The notes under the pieces were generated by a model that did not search any database, was not told the origin of the DNA, and worked only from the letters and a program-made list of their open reading frames with translations. The translations under genes and the position numbers were made by a program. A stretch of 64,000 bases of DNA from Eledone cirrhosa (Eukaryota), in NCBI GenBank assembly GCA_964016885.1, contig OZ024756.1, positions 17,980,001 through 18,044,000 on the forward strand, in the 5' to 3' direction. Positions 28,230 to 40,589 of this stretch are shown piece by piece. The stretch's first letter is position 1, and each line of letters begins with the position of its first letter.

Positions 28230-29830
28230 TGTGTATATATGGTGGTCATGGTAAGACTAAAGTGTTGATAAATAGAAAAGAGGACAAAACTCTGATTCCA
28301 TCAGGGAAATGGCTATGTTCAATATGTAGAAAAGGAGTTGGCATAAAATCTATAGAATGTACACAATGCAGATCTTGGGTACACAAGAGATGTAGTAAGA
28401 TAGTAGGCAAACTAACAGGAAGGGAAAACTACATAAGCAGATGTTCAGGGAAATTTGATAGTAGAAGTCGCAGTAATAGACACATTTTTCAAATGAAGGT
28501 AGGATCTATAGAGATGGTTGATAGCTTCCGGTACCTAGGTGATCAGATTAGCAAGAGAGGAGGATGCTCCAAGGCCATAGTATCTAGAATAGGGACAGGA
28601 TGGAAGAAGTTTAAGGAGCTATTTCCTCTGTTGCCAACGAAGGGTTTCTCCCTGTGAACGAAAGGCCAGTTATATGATGCCTGTGTGAGATGTGCAATGC
28701 TGCATGGTAGTGAGACATGGGCACCAACTGCAGAGGATATACGATGGCTGGAGAGAATTGAAGCAAGCATGCTCCGATGGATGTGCAATGTCAATGTGCG
28801 TGAACAACCAAGCATAGACGAGATGAGAGTGAAACTGTAGTGTTTGGGAGAGAAGACTGTGTTGGTATGGACAGGTGATGCGCATGGAAGATGACCGCTG
28901 GGTGAAGAAGTGCCAAGAAATCCCAGTGGAAGGAAGACCACAAAAAACGTGGGCGGAGGTGGTGAGAGCTGACCTCAGATCGCTGAAGCTCACAGAGGAG
29001 ATGATGAAGGACCATGACGAATGGAGATATGCTGTGCTGAAAAGGACCTGTCCCACCCTTGCAAACAAGGAAAAGCGGATGTAAAATGGTGATGATGATA
29101 TCAATTGATGCGTAATAACAATATACATGAACAGCAAAACATAAATGAACTGATAGAAATTGTGCATAAGAGGGATCAGATGCAGTGTGTCGGAGAGGAG
29201 AATGCCTTGGTATGGACATGTGATGCATATGAGGCATCACAGCTCTATAAAAAATTGCAAGGTGCTTAGAATTGATGGAAGTTATGGAAAACCCAGGATG
29301 ACTTGGTATGAGGTGATGAAAGCTGACCATGCACAATTGCACCTCTCGAAGGCAAAGACATAGGATTGAGATCTGGCGTTATGCAGTAATACAGAAGACT
29401 CACCTTCTCATGTGCACAGGTTGAATCATACATCTTGTATGCACTCCCCCCCCCTATCATACACCTCCATGTACTAACACCCTCCCTTCATCCATGCCCC
29501 CCCCCCCCGTACTTCCCACTCCACACGTCCTAACATCCCCACCCTAGATATATCTCACCAATCTCCATGTACCTCCCCCACACTTGCCCTCAGTCTACAT
29601 TGTAAAGTGGTCGTTTTCATGTCACATCAAAAGGCACCTAGTCCACACTGTAAAGTGGCCACTTTGGTCCACACTGTAAGTGCTGTTGGCATTAGCAAGG
29701 GCATGCAGTCTTAGCAACCAAGCCCGAAACAGTTCTATATGAGCAAGACATAGTCATCTGATCTGGGTTGTCTCAGAACAGGACAACTGATGCTAGCATG
29801 GACAAATAGACATTAAATAGTGATGATGAT
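28230..29830 (+). mobile_element. RTE LINE 3' fragments (two, tandem)
   Basis: Cys-rich WVHKRCS, FRYLGDQI, GWKKFKEL, GRPQKTW and WYGHVM motifs; (GAT)n tails at about 29095 and 29825. Confidence 0.88.
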
Positions 29831-29865
29831 ATATACATCTAGAGAGATTTATATGCCCACATGTA

Positions 29866-30414
29866 TGAGGGTGCTTCAAAACGTTCATGGAAAAAGGACA
29901 GTTGGAAAAAACTGTTTAAGTTGTGATGTTTATTTTTCAACATATGCTCCATCTAGGTCAATATACTTCTGCAAGTGTTGATACCAACCTTGAAGTTCAT
30001 CTGTGTAAAACTAAGGGCCATGCGATTTAAACCATGTCAAAGTAGCTTCTTTTACATCTTCAACTGGGGATCATCTTCAACCTCATCTCTTCCACTTCTA
30101 AAATGACTTATCCATTTGTAGTTTGTTGATTTCTTTGGAACATTGTCCCCATAAACTTGCTCCAGAGCATCAATTATTTGGCTGCTCTGACACCCTAGAT
30201 TCACCATGAATTTGATGTTTTGATGGAGGCCATGTTGCTCAAGTGGGTGCTGACTTCCGACTGGCGCCGCTGCATTGCAACATGTATTTAAAGGATCACG
30301 TTAGAACATGTTATGACACGTTAGTACGAGAACATACAGGTGTACTGAAATAAAAATCCCAGCATGTGATTTTTAGCTTTGTACTTTTTTCACAAACTTT
30401 TTGAAGCCTCCTCA
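29866..30414. mobile_element. Degenerate mariner-like element/MITE
   Basis: Inverted termini tgagggtgcttcaaaa ... ttttgaagcctcctca, both flanked by TA. Confidence 0.6.
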
Positions 30415-30869
30415 TATATATATTCCTGGCATCAGAGTGAACTCAATTGCAAAATTGGAGAGGAAACATGATGAATAAATATATTTATGTCTTTTCAAAG
30501 ATTTGAACACCAATTCTGGTGGTAATTTAAGTTACATTAGATCCACAGTAAATAATCTCATGTGAAAAATTAACATGATTTACAATTTATACAATTCACA
30601 TATAAAAAAAATAATAATACAAATCCTTTTTTTTTTTTTTAAAGTCTACCAGAAGGGTAAACATGACTGGAATTGTTCTTTTCTTCAGCCAAATAATGTT
30701 GGAAATTATAGTCAAAATGATATTCTAACCACACTATCAAAAGGCTTTCCAGTTTTCATTCTGGAAAGCATAACTGTCTTATTCATTTTCAGTTTCTTTG
30801 ATAACAAACTGGTTCCTTTCTTTTTCAAGTGAGTATTACAGAGTTGCATCTCTAACCAAGGTCTTACTT

Positions 30870-30995
30870 TTAGCTGCCTCTTTTGGCCTTAAAGAGAACA
30901 TCATAGGAAGGTGGAGGTGACGGTTTCTTTGCATGTGGAGGGGGAACATCTGTGAGGGATGCATCTCTCGAGCAAACACTTGTTGAAGATAGAAG
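30870..30995 (-). CDS. TMEM145: TMEM145 homologue, last coding exon (LLSSTSVC...PSPPPSYDVLFKAKRGS*)
   Basis: Acceptor tactgtttcag|CTT, phase 0, TAA stop at 30872-30870; in frame with the upstream exon. Confidence 0.75.
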   Translation of the reverse strand, partial: LLSSTSVCSRDASLTDVPPPHAKKPSPPPSYDVLFKAKRGS

Positions 30996-31145
30996 CTGAA
31001 ACAGTAGTAAAAAAAAATATTAAATCTATTCACAGAAAATAGTGCCAGTTATCTTTTACACTTTTTTATATTTTGTTAAAATAATTTCTTCAATTCTTAA
31101 CATCAACTTTTTCTTTGTCTAACTACTTGAATTCATACATTATGA

Positions 31146-31351
31146 TTAACCCTTTAGCATTTAAAATGGCCATATCCGGACAGAATCCTCTTATCTCTTT
31201 CTGATCAAACCAGCCACTCATACTGATGTTAAGGTATGGTTTTCAAAATATATAATATAAAAATCTCATAGATTCGATATTATGTGAGATAAAGCTTTTA
31301 CCATGAAAATATAATAGTAAATATAGACTAATGTAAATGCTAAAGGATTAA
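31146..31351. mobile_element. piggyBac-like MITE family (TTAA-CCCTTTAGCATTTA termini)
   Basis: Copies or fragments at 22330-22527, 25935-26070, 33578-33805, 33806-33936 and 35971-37026. Confidence 0.7.
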
Positions 31352-31999
31352 AGATTATGTTAATAGTATAAAAAATTCCTAAAGTTTGTTATATTTGCAA
31401 TATTTAAAGTGTTTGTAATAATTTTCCATCTTTCTCTGCAAGAAATTTGCTGTACTCGGGCCTAAAGAGGGGTGGGCTCCACCGGGCTTAAAATACCCAA
31501 GAAATGCTGTAAGTCAATATGGCATCCCTATGACTCCCCCAGGAATTACGGGACCATAAAATCATACAGGCATAAAGGGTGGTTGATTGGCAGTATCGGT
31601 AGAGCGTTGGACACCATGCTTCATGGCAAAAAGTAATAGCCCTCTGTCTAAAACAGAAACCATTATTAATATAGGCATAAAGGGTGGTAGGGCATCGCAC
31701 ATCATGCTTTGTGGCAAGGTTACAATTTTGAGAGAGTGGTATGGTTGATTATATCATTCCTAGTACTTAATCCTTTTAGTAGTCTTGTATGTTACATAAA
31801 GATATATTTTACCTATTCTAAAAACCGAGATAGAGCTTGGCACCAGTGTCAATCTAACACTTCAGCTAATTCACTCACCTGGAATGTTAGTTATGGCAAT
31901 GTGGACATGATAGATAATGTAATCTTAGATACATTATGCCTGAAAATAAGATGGGAGACTCTACTCAATTAGGGTTGACTTGGGAGTAAACAACTACAA

Positions 32000-32535
32000 C
32001 TACAATCATACAAGAAATTCGAAGAAGAATAACTGTTGCAAAAAATACATTCTCAAGACTCCGGTCCATCTTTGTCGATCATAACCTCTCAATTGGAATC
32101 AAAATTTGTTTACTGAAGACATTTGTCGTGTCAACGCTTCTTAACGACTGTGAATCGTGGACTTTCACGAATCAGACACAGAGATACCTCAAGTCTACCT
32201 CAAGTCTACCAGAATACTCAGAATCTCGTATGTTGACCAAATAAATAATCAAAAGGTTTTGAAGAGAGTGTGGATGGAACATGAGATACTGCTTACTATT
32301 AAAAAGAGATAACTAATGTTCCTAAGACATACCATGAAGAAAGGTATGCTGGAAGACCTTTCCATTAGCGGAAAAGTTCCTGGGAAGAGTGCCAGAGGTC
32401 GTCAAAGGAGGTCCTTTTTTTGATAATTTCAACATCAAAGCCGCAGAAGTTTGGGATCTTGCCCAAGATCGAACAGCATGGAACGTCATGGTTCATCAAA
32501 CACTGATACAGTGATGGCACAAGAAGAAGAAGATA
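32000..32535 (+). mobile_element. Degenerate RTE-type LINE 3' fragment
   Basis: CESWT-like and GKVPGKSARGRQRR coding remnants; (GAA)n tail. Confidence 0.6.
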
Positions 32536-32549
32536 ATTATAATACTTAC

Positions 32550-32756
32550 CGGCATCACTGGTCTTGTTAGAAGGTTCTCAGAGGACAATGAGGTTTGAGC
32601 AGGTTTTGTGGACAGTGTGTGGCTGGTAACAAACAGATTAGCAATGTTTGGTCCTTGCTCCATGATGTATGAACTGGACACCGTCGACAGTTGGATGTTT
32701 TGAACATCACCATCTCCACCTCCAGATGTATAGTCTCCATCTTCTATTGGACAAAT
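32550..32756 (-). CDS. TMEM145: TMEM145 homologue exon, cytoplasmic tail (ICPIEDGDY...LTRPVMP)
   Basis: cttgtcaccag|ATT ... CCG|gtaagt; 207 nt, phase 0-0; completes the conserved TSQ|I. Confidence 0.82.
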
Positions 32757-34149
32757 CTGGTGACAAGATATAAACCAATCAGTAAACACTGGTGAGCAAC
32801 AAGAAATCACCATGACATTATAAGAGAAGGGATGAATTGGCAAGACTTGTTACAGCATCAAATTAAATATCTTATAGTATTTGTCCCAGTTCTTTGGTCA
32901 ACTTTTGCCTTTCATCCTTTTGATGTTGATAAGATATATTACTATTCCATATCAGTGGAGTGATGGAAGCGCATGGCCTAGTGCTGTTGGACTTAGGACT
33001 ATAACATTATGGTTTCAATTCCTAGACTGAAAATGAGTACCAGCAATAGCTGGGAGTTTAACTCTGCGATGGACTGGCATCCTGTCCATCTTAACGCCAT
33101 GGAAACCGGAATAAGCATCCGCCTGATGAGCTTCCGGGCTTCAGACAGACTTTAAACTTCCGACTTAGATCAGTGGATTGGCAGGTTTATTAGAGAATGT
33201 TTCTCTCTGCATTTTGATAGCAATACCTGCAATGACACTGGTACCAAACAGTAACAACTTGGTGTGAAGAGGAGAGACTTGCATGCATGAGCAGCTGCTA
33301 GTCTTTCTTCTGAATAAACAGATTTGAGGTGCAGATGCATGGTCTTACAAAACAGACAGGCCTTTAGAATGACAGAAATAGATTAAATATTTTTATATAT
33401 ATATACATTAATGTTTTTAATTCAAAAACTGCCTGGTCTGGGCACAGTTTAATGCTCTAGATTTGTTAAAATAAGTACCAGTAATATTCTAGTTCAATTT
33501 AATTAACTATAGCTATCCCTTACTAATTTGTGATATAGTGGACCAATATCGTCAATCATTATATGACAAACACAACATTAACCCTTTTGCATTTAAACCG
33601 ACAGTATCTGGCCAGAATTCTCTCACCTCTTTCTGTTCAAACTGGCTGTAACTGGCTGCTCATACTGACATTAAGGTATTGCTCTCAAAATAAATAAGAT
33701 CAAAATCTCATAGATTCGATATTATGAGAGATATTATGTAAGATAAAGCCTTTACCACAAAAATACAATAGGAAATATAGAGTAATGTAAATGCTAAAGG
33801 GTTAAAGTATTGTTCTCAAAATAAATAATATCAAAATCTCATAGATTCAATATTATATGAGAAAATTATGTGAAATAAAGCTTTTACTGTGAAAATACAA
33901 TAGTAAATATATGGTAATGTAAATGCTAAAGGGTTAAAGATTGGTGGTTTTCTGTAGTATTGTCGTGTATATCTAGATAATGAAGGATTGCAACAAGTAA
34001 TGAGATGTTGTGGGGACATGTTTGATCAATGGGATAAACAGACATAAAACCAAGATATTATCAATGATAAGTTCAGTAGATAGTGAGGAACTAACTGTAG
34101 GTGGTGGTGATGGTGACGGACAGTCATCTGTGACCTACAGGGGACTTAC

Positions 34150-34209
34150 CTGCGATGTTTTGATGTGAAATGGGAAGATTCTGTTGATTAAGACAGGACT
34201 GGTAAGGAA
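34150..34209 (-). CDS. TMEM145: TMEM145 homologue exon (FLTSPVLINRIFPFHIKTSQ)
   Basis: ttctcattctag| ... CAG|gtaagt; 60 nt; matches the TMEM145 NFPYHVRTSQ motif as I recall it. Confidence 0.9.
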
Positions 34210-34363
34210 CTAGAATGAGAAAACATCACAGATGTCACACAAACTGACCAAGAGAGGAGAAAAAATGTGGAAGAGGTTGTGAGAAAAATGAAAGTGATGG
34301 TGGAGTTTGCTGGAACATTTTAATGCAGCCACTGATCAAGGTAAGAAGTAGAGTTCTCTAGAA

Positions 34364-34724
34364 CAGCAGTCGCCAACCGATGGTCAATGGACCACTGGAA
34401 AATTTTGACATTATTTTCAATTTTTATGGTTTATTAATAATAAAACAAAAATAAAATTTGGTTAAAATATATATTTATAACACCCCTAAAAAATGTTTCT
34501 CCTCAGTAAAGAACTAACATCCATGAAATAATTTTACACATATGTATCATCTATCAACAATATGACACATGTACACTTCAGTATTGTTTAATAAAATGGA
34601 AGTTGTCTGATCATTGTTTTACAAATGTATTTATCTTTTAAAAAAAAAATTCATATTTGTGGTCCGCAAAATTTTTAATTATGAATTTAGTGGTCCATGA
34701 GGTCCGAAAGGTTGGCTATCGGTG
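34364..34724. mobile_element. hAT (Charlie-like) MITE
   Basis: Termini cagcagtcgccaacc ... ggttggctatcggtg; 8-bp TSD ctctagaa/gtctagaa. Confidence 0.7.
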
Positions 34725-34806
34725 GTCTAGAACATTCTGAAATAAGTTATACTGATAAAAACAGTAGGATAATATGGAAGAGGAGAAAGGATAGATCTAT
34801 ACTCAC

Positions 34807-34927
34807 CAAAAACACCAAATGTGCATAAAAATCAATAAATATTTCAACTCCATTGACAATTTTCTCCCTCAGGTGCCAAGGGACGGCATTATTAGCAACA
34901 AGAAATGTTATCACAGTGGCCCAGAAC
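34807..34927 (-). CDS. TMEM145: TMEM145 homologue exon (FWATVITFLVANNAVPWHLREKIVNGVEIFIDFYAHLVFL)
   Basis: atatccag|G ... TTG|gtgagt; 121 nt, phase 2-0; REKIVNG and YAH motifs. Confidence 0.93.
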
Positions 34928-35029
34928 CTGGATATAAACAAGAAATGGACAGGGTTACAATATTTGAAACGGTGATAAGCTAGTGACATCTTCTTACAGA
35001 AACCTGTCTAATAAACCTGACTTTATTTA

Positions 35030-35232
35030 CACATTCAACTCCAATATTACACCAAGTCATACTCAACTCCAATATTACACTTAGACACAATCCTAGCCAT
35101 ACACAACTCTAATAATACACAGTCACACTCAACCCCAATATTACATCTAGTCACACTCAACTCCAATAATATACCTAGTCACACTCAACTCCAATATCAC
35201 AACTAGTCACACCCAACTCCAATAATACAATC
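35030..35232. repeat. About 28-bp minisatellite (agtcacactcaactccaatattacacct-like)
   Basis: About 7 degenerate copies. Confidence 0.75.
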
Positions 35233-35324
35233 AAGACATAATCCTAATCTCACTCAACACTGGATTCAAAAGCAAGACTATGTAAAAGCCAGCGTGTGTG
35301 TGTGTGTGTGTGTGTGTTTGTTTG

Positions 35325-35780
35325 TCTGAACGCCTTGCTACATTGAAGCTCCGACGTCTGGCAACTGACTTGGTAAACACCCACAAAATTATTAACCATC
35401 TTGCCAACAACAACCCTGAGTACCTTTTTGATTTCCATGTGTCTAACACATGTGGACATGCCCACAAAGTCGGAAAACAGCACAGCTCCCATGACTTTCG
35501 GAAACATTTTTTCACGCTCAGAGTTGCTGAAGCATGGAACAAACTACCTGCATCAGTTATTAGCTGTCGAGACACTGCATCCTTTAAAACCTCCATGCTT
35601 CCTGAGATTCGCCAACACTTCACCTAATATTCCCCCTCCATACACATACACACTTGTATATCATGACTCATACACTAGTCATTTCCCTGACATTTGTACA
35701 TTATTCTATGCACTATACATGCACCTTTGACGAGTTGTAGTGCACCTGAGCACTGTACACAATAATATCATTATTATTAA
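35325..35780 (+). mobile_element. CR1-clade LINE 3' end
   Basis: LRRLATDL..HKII..GHAHK..FRKHFFTLRVAEAWNKLP, a CR1-type C-terminus; (ATT)n tail. Confidence 0.85.
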
Positions 35781-36001
35781 ACACACACATACACACAAAC
35801 ATTAACAAGTTGACACACACAAACATTAACAAGTGGACATCTTAGAGGTAATCTCTTCCAAATAAGAGATATTTTCAAACTCTTCATATTTACTGAAGGG
35901 AGCTATAACTGAAGGGAACAACCTCATACATTTTATAGTGAGGACCAGAAACTAATGAAAAAAAACCCCCTTAACCCTTTAGTATTTACATTACTCTATA
36001 T

Positions 36002-36543
36002 CAGATGTTCTCAAAGTGGGCACTACCCCACCCACCCGCTCACCGGGTGTTGAGAAGGTCCAGGAGGGCGTTGGGGCCTAAGGGGGTGGTAGAGATGATA
36101 TTATAGTATATTAATTATTAAATGATAAGGGTGGTGGATTGGCAGTATCGGTAGAGGGTTGGACAACATGCTTTGACGTATAGAGTTACGGCCCTTGCCA
36201 TTCTGAGTTCAAATCCCGCCGAGGTTAACTTTGCCTTTCATCCTTACGGGGTCGATAAAATAAAGTACCAGTAATGCACTGGGTAATTGCTGGCCTTGTG
36301 CCAAAAGTAGAAACAATTAATTATTAAATGATACATATTATATATAAATATAGTAAAATGAAAAAATATATATATATTTATACATAGTATATATTCTATT
36401 ATTTGTTATATATCAATAAACGATTTTATTTATTATATATTATTTACAATTTGCGTGTAGGCAGGTCTCCCTGAAAATAGAGTTGGCGGGTGTTGAGGGT
36501 ATTATGTGGCCTTGAGGGGGGGCAAAACGTTTGAGAACCTCTG
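36002..36543. mobile_element. hAT MITE carrying a nested SINE and itself nested in a piggyBac-like MITE
   Basis: TIRs cagatgttctcaaa/tttgagaacctctg with TSD ctctatat (35994-36001, 36544-36551). The SINE at 36128-36315 has an 18-bp TSD. Confidence 0.85.
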
Positions 36544-37057
36544 CTCTATATTTACTATTATATTTTATGATAAACACTTTATTTCACCAAATTATCTCAT
36601 ATAATATCGAATCTACAACATTTTGATATTATTTATTTTGAGAACAATACCTTAACCAGCATTGAAACCAGCCGTATCTGACCAGAATACTCTCACCTCT
36701 TTCTGATCAAACTGGCTGAAACCGGCTGCTCATACTAATGTTAAGGTATTGTTCTCAAAATCTCATAGATTCAATATTATGTGAGGTAAAGCCTTTACTG
36801 TGAAAATACAATAATATATATAGAGTAATGTAAATGCTAAAGGTTTAATATAAGTATGAGCAGCTGGTTACGACTAGTTTGAAAAGAAAGAGGCAAGAGA
36901 ATTATGGCCAGATACAGCCAGTTTAAAGGCTAAAGGGTTGATATAAGTATGAACAGCCAGTTATGGCTGGTTTGAACAGAAAGAAGCAAGAGAATTCTGG
37001 CCAGATACGGCCGGTTTAAATGCTAAATGAGGCAGGAGAAATGAGGAAACAACTCAC

Positions 37058-37230
37058 CAGAGAGTAAAAACAAAGAAAAAGAAAATATAAAAAGATAATT
37101 TCTCAATGTGATGTTTGATTGTTGTAATTATGGCGTAGCAAAACCACAACCATCCAACCACTCGCATACCAATCAGACCATAACCAGGAGGGCTTTCATA
37201 GCGGTACAGCACAACACCAGGATCAAAAAA
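37058..37230 (-). CDS. TMEM145: TMEM145 homologue exon (FFDPGVVLYRYESPPGYGLIG...FFFFVFTLW)
   Basis: ttttcttcag|TTT ... TG|gtgagt; 173 nt, phase 0-2; hallmark FDPG-x-VLY-x-YESP-x-GYGLI. Confidence 0.95.
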
Positions 37231-37509
37231 CTGAAGAAAAGGAAATATCACAATATCTTTAAAATGTATAACAATACAATGAAAATCAAAGGAAAATCCT
37301 CCAATGAGGGAAGGGCACTTCCGTGGATTACTTATGGAAAACTCCCACAAAATACCATGGTCCCTTTGATATACTAAGGCAACTGACTTCTCTCAGTTGT
37401 TCTCCAATCTACAAATGGATACTCAGCATAAACCCATGCAGTCGGTCCCTGCTCACCACTGTTATCCACACTTTGTTGTCCTTGAATTCTTTTGCTGTCT
37501 GTTTTACTA

Positions 37510-37962
37510 GATTCAGCTAAACTTGGGTAATGACCAAAAGAATACGATCGCGAATACAAGCGGCCGAAATGAAATTCCTCTGAAAGGTCTTTGGAGTAAC
37601 GTTACTTGATAAAGTGCATAACTCGGAAATCAAAGTGTCACTCCAGGTAGAGCCGCTTCTTCTCCGAATTGAGAGATCACGGCTCCGATACTATGAATGA
37701 GCATGTGGTTAGAATGTCTCACGAAAAAAAAAAAAAAAAAAAATCACTGGACAGATTTTACAGGCAAAACCAACAGGTAGGAGACCCAGGGGTAGACCCC
37801 GAGCAAGATGGTTGGATAACATCCGTGAGCTTGGCTGGTCACGCTTGAAGATCCAGCCGGATCAGTTGGAGACAGTAATTTCTGACGGGACGTGCTGGAA
37901 AGAGTGTTTGAGGACTCTGCCCCCACAACCCTCTCAGGTACAACAACAACAACAACAACAAG
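37510..37962 (+). mobile_element. Degenerate RTE-type LINE 3' fragment
   Basis: RPRGRPRARWLDNI-like coding remnant; (CAA)n tail. Confidence 0.65.
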
Positions 37963-38009
37963 AAAGCTTGTATGTAAAAAAAAAAAAATGTTTAATCAGT
38001 GATTGTTAC

Positions 38010-38182
38010 CTCAGCTTCCCAGATGAATATTCCAACATAGATGAAAACATAGACAGTCATGAATACAGCAACCTTGATGGAGCCAAGTTGACTGATGTAA
38101 CCCCTTGTAATGGTGAACCCTTTACCAAGAAGGATCAACATCAACTGAAATGTCATCACACTGACAGCCTGACAAATGTAGG
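38010..38182 (-). CDS. TMEM145: TMEM145 homologue exon (YICQAVS...LMLILLGKGFTITRG...IWEAE)
   Basis: gttttcag|CC ... GAG|gtaaca; 173 nt, phase 1-0; hallmark LILLGKGFT-x-TRG. Confidence 0.95.
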
Positions 38183-38602
38183 CTGAAAACAGACAAAACA
38201 AAGCAAAACAAAAAAATATTCTTTTTTAAAATTTAGTCAATGGATTTGTCTATAACTGTTAAATTCTGGAAAATAATTCAACTCTGTGTGTGTGTGTGTG
38301 TAGGTGTATGTGTGTGTATGTGTGTGTATGTGTATGTGTGTGTGTATATGTGTGTATGTGTGTGTATATGTGTGTGTATGTGTGTGTATATGTGTGTGTA
38401 TGTGTGTGTATATGTGAATGTGTGTGTGTGTATGTATACACACACACATATACATATACACACACACACAATACACACAAACATACACACACACACTCAC
38501 AATACACACAATACACACAAACATACACACACAACACACACACACACACACAAACTATTACAGACATGTGGAAAAGAAGTAGAAAGTGAGTGTCAGTGTT
38601 AC

Positions 38603-38752
38603 CCAGTATCTTATACTCCCGCTTCTCAATGCCAGACTCTGCATATTTACCATAATGTATACAGATGAAGAATAGGAAGCTGATATACATCATTATGGAG
38701 AAGATGAACATCTTGTAGGTGGAATGGTAGAGTTGACGGTTGCGGAGGATTA
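38603..38752 (-). CDS. TMEM145: TMEM145 homologue exon (ILRNRQLYHSTYKMF...YGKYAESGI...KIL)
   Basis: tgtttcag|TA ... G|gtaaca; 150 nt, phase 1-1; RQL-x-H-x-TYKMF motif. Confidence 0.95.
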
Positions 38753-40589
38753 CTGAAACATACAAAATAACATTTCACCATTGTTACCATTATCACCATC
38801 AGTATCACCATCATTATCATCATCATTATCACCACCATTATCATCATCATTATCACCATCATTATCATCATCATCATCACCATCAGTATCACCATCATTA
38901 TCATCATCATTATCATCACCAGTATCACCATCATTATCACCATCATTACCATCATCATTATCACCATCATTATCACCATCATTATCACCATCATATTATA
39001 AAGGAGGTGGATTGGCAGTATCGGTAGAGGGTCGGACAACATGCTTTGACGCATAGAGTTATGGTCCTTGCCATTCTGAGTTCAAATCCCACTGAGGCTA
39101 ACTTTGCCTTTCATCCTTACAGGGTCGATAAAATAAAGTACCAGTAATGTACTGGGTAATTTCTGGCCTTGTGCCAAAAGTAGAAACAATTATTACTATA
39201 GAGTTACGGCCCTTGCCATTCCGAGTTCAAATCCCGCCGAGGTTAACTTTGCCTTTCATCCTTACGGGGTCGATAAAATAAAGTACCAGTAATGTACTGG
39301 GTAATTTCTGGCCTTGTGCCAAAAGTAGAAACAATTATTACTATAGAGTTACGGCCCTTGCCATTCGAGTTCAAATCCCGCCGAGGTTAACTTTGCCTTT
39401 CATCCTTACGGGGTCGATAAAATAAAGTACCAGTAATGCACTGGGTAATTGCTGGCCTTGTGCCAAAAGTAGAAACAATTAATTATTAAATGATACATAT
39501 TATAGTAAAATGAAAATATATATATATATATATATATTTATACATAGTATATATTCTATTATTTGTTATATATCAATAAACGATTTTATTTATTATATAT
39601 TATTTACAATTTGCGTGAAGACAGGTTTCCCTGAAAATAGAGTTGGCGGGTGTTGAGGGTATTATGTGGCCTTGAGGGGGGGGGGGGGGGGGGGCAAAAC
39701 GTTTGAAAACCTCTGCTCTATATTTACTATTGTATTTTTATGATAAACACTTTATTTCACATAATTATCTCATATAATATCGAATCTACAACATTTTGGT
39801 ATTATTTATTTTGAGAACAATACCATCAGTATCACCATCATTATCATTATTACCACAGAGTTACGGCCCTTGCCATTCTGAGGTCAAATCCCGCCGAGGT
39901 TAACTTTGCAGGGTCGATAAAATAAAGTACCAGTAATCTACTTTGTAATTGCTGGCCTTGTGCCAATAGTAGAAACATCATTATCATTTTCACCATCATT
40001 ATCATCATCAGTATCATCATCATCATCATCATCATCACCGTTTTACATCCATTCTTCCACGCTAGCATGGGTTAGACGGGTTGTCCTGTTGTGGGCAGTG
40101 TCTGGTCGGCTGACCATGCCTTGCTCATACAGGAACTGATTTTGGCTTGATATCTGGATGCCCTTCCTAACACCAACCTCATTTACAGTGAGTGCTGGGT
40201 GCTTTTTCGTGGCGCCTACACGTCCACTTTACAGTGTGGGCTGGGTGCTTTTTTGCCGTTGCACCTCCACGACCACCTTGCGGTGGGGGGTGTGGGGGCA
40301 TATTGTCTATATGCTTCAGCTTGTACCCATGGGAGGTCGGGTACTCTGTATTACTGTCATTTTCACCATCATTATCATCATCAGTATCACCATCATTATC
40401 ATCATTTAAGGCAGTATCAGTAGAGGGTCGGACACCATGTTTTGAAGCAAGCATGGAGTTACCTCCCTTTATGATCTGTGTTCAAATCCCGCCGAGGTTT
40501 ACTTTGCCTTTCATCCTTACGGGGTCGATGAAATAAAGTACCAGTAATGCACTGGGTAATTGCTGGCCTTGTGCCAAAAGTAGAAACAA

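Noticed and set aside
33120-33155. CTGATGAGC...GCT motif
   Set aside because: Part of a SINE 3' region (related sequence at about 51800-51840); no GAAA or stem III.
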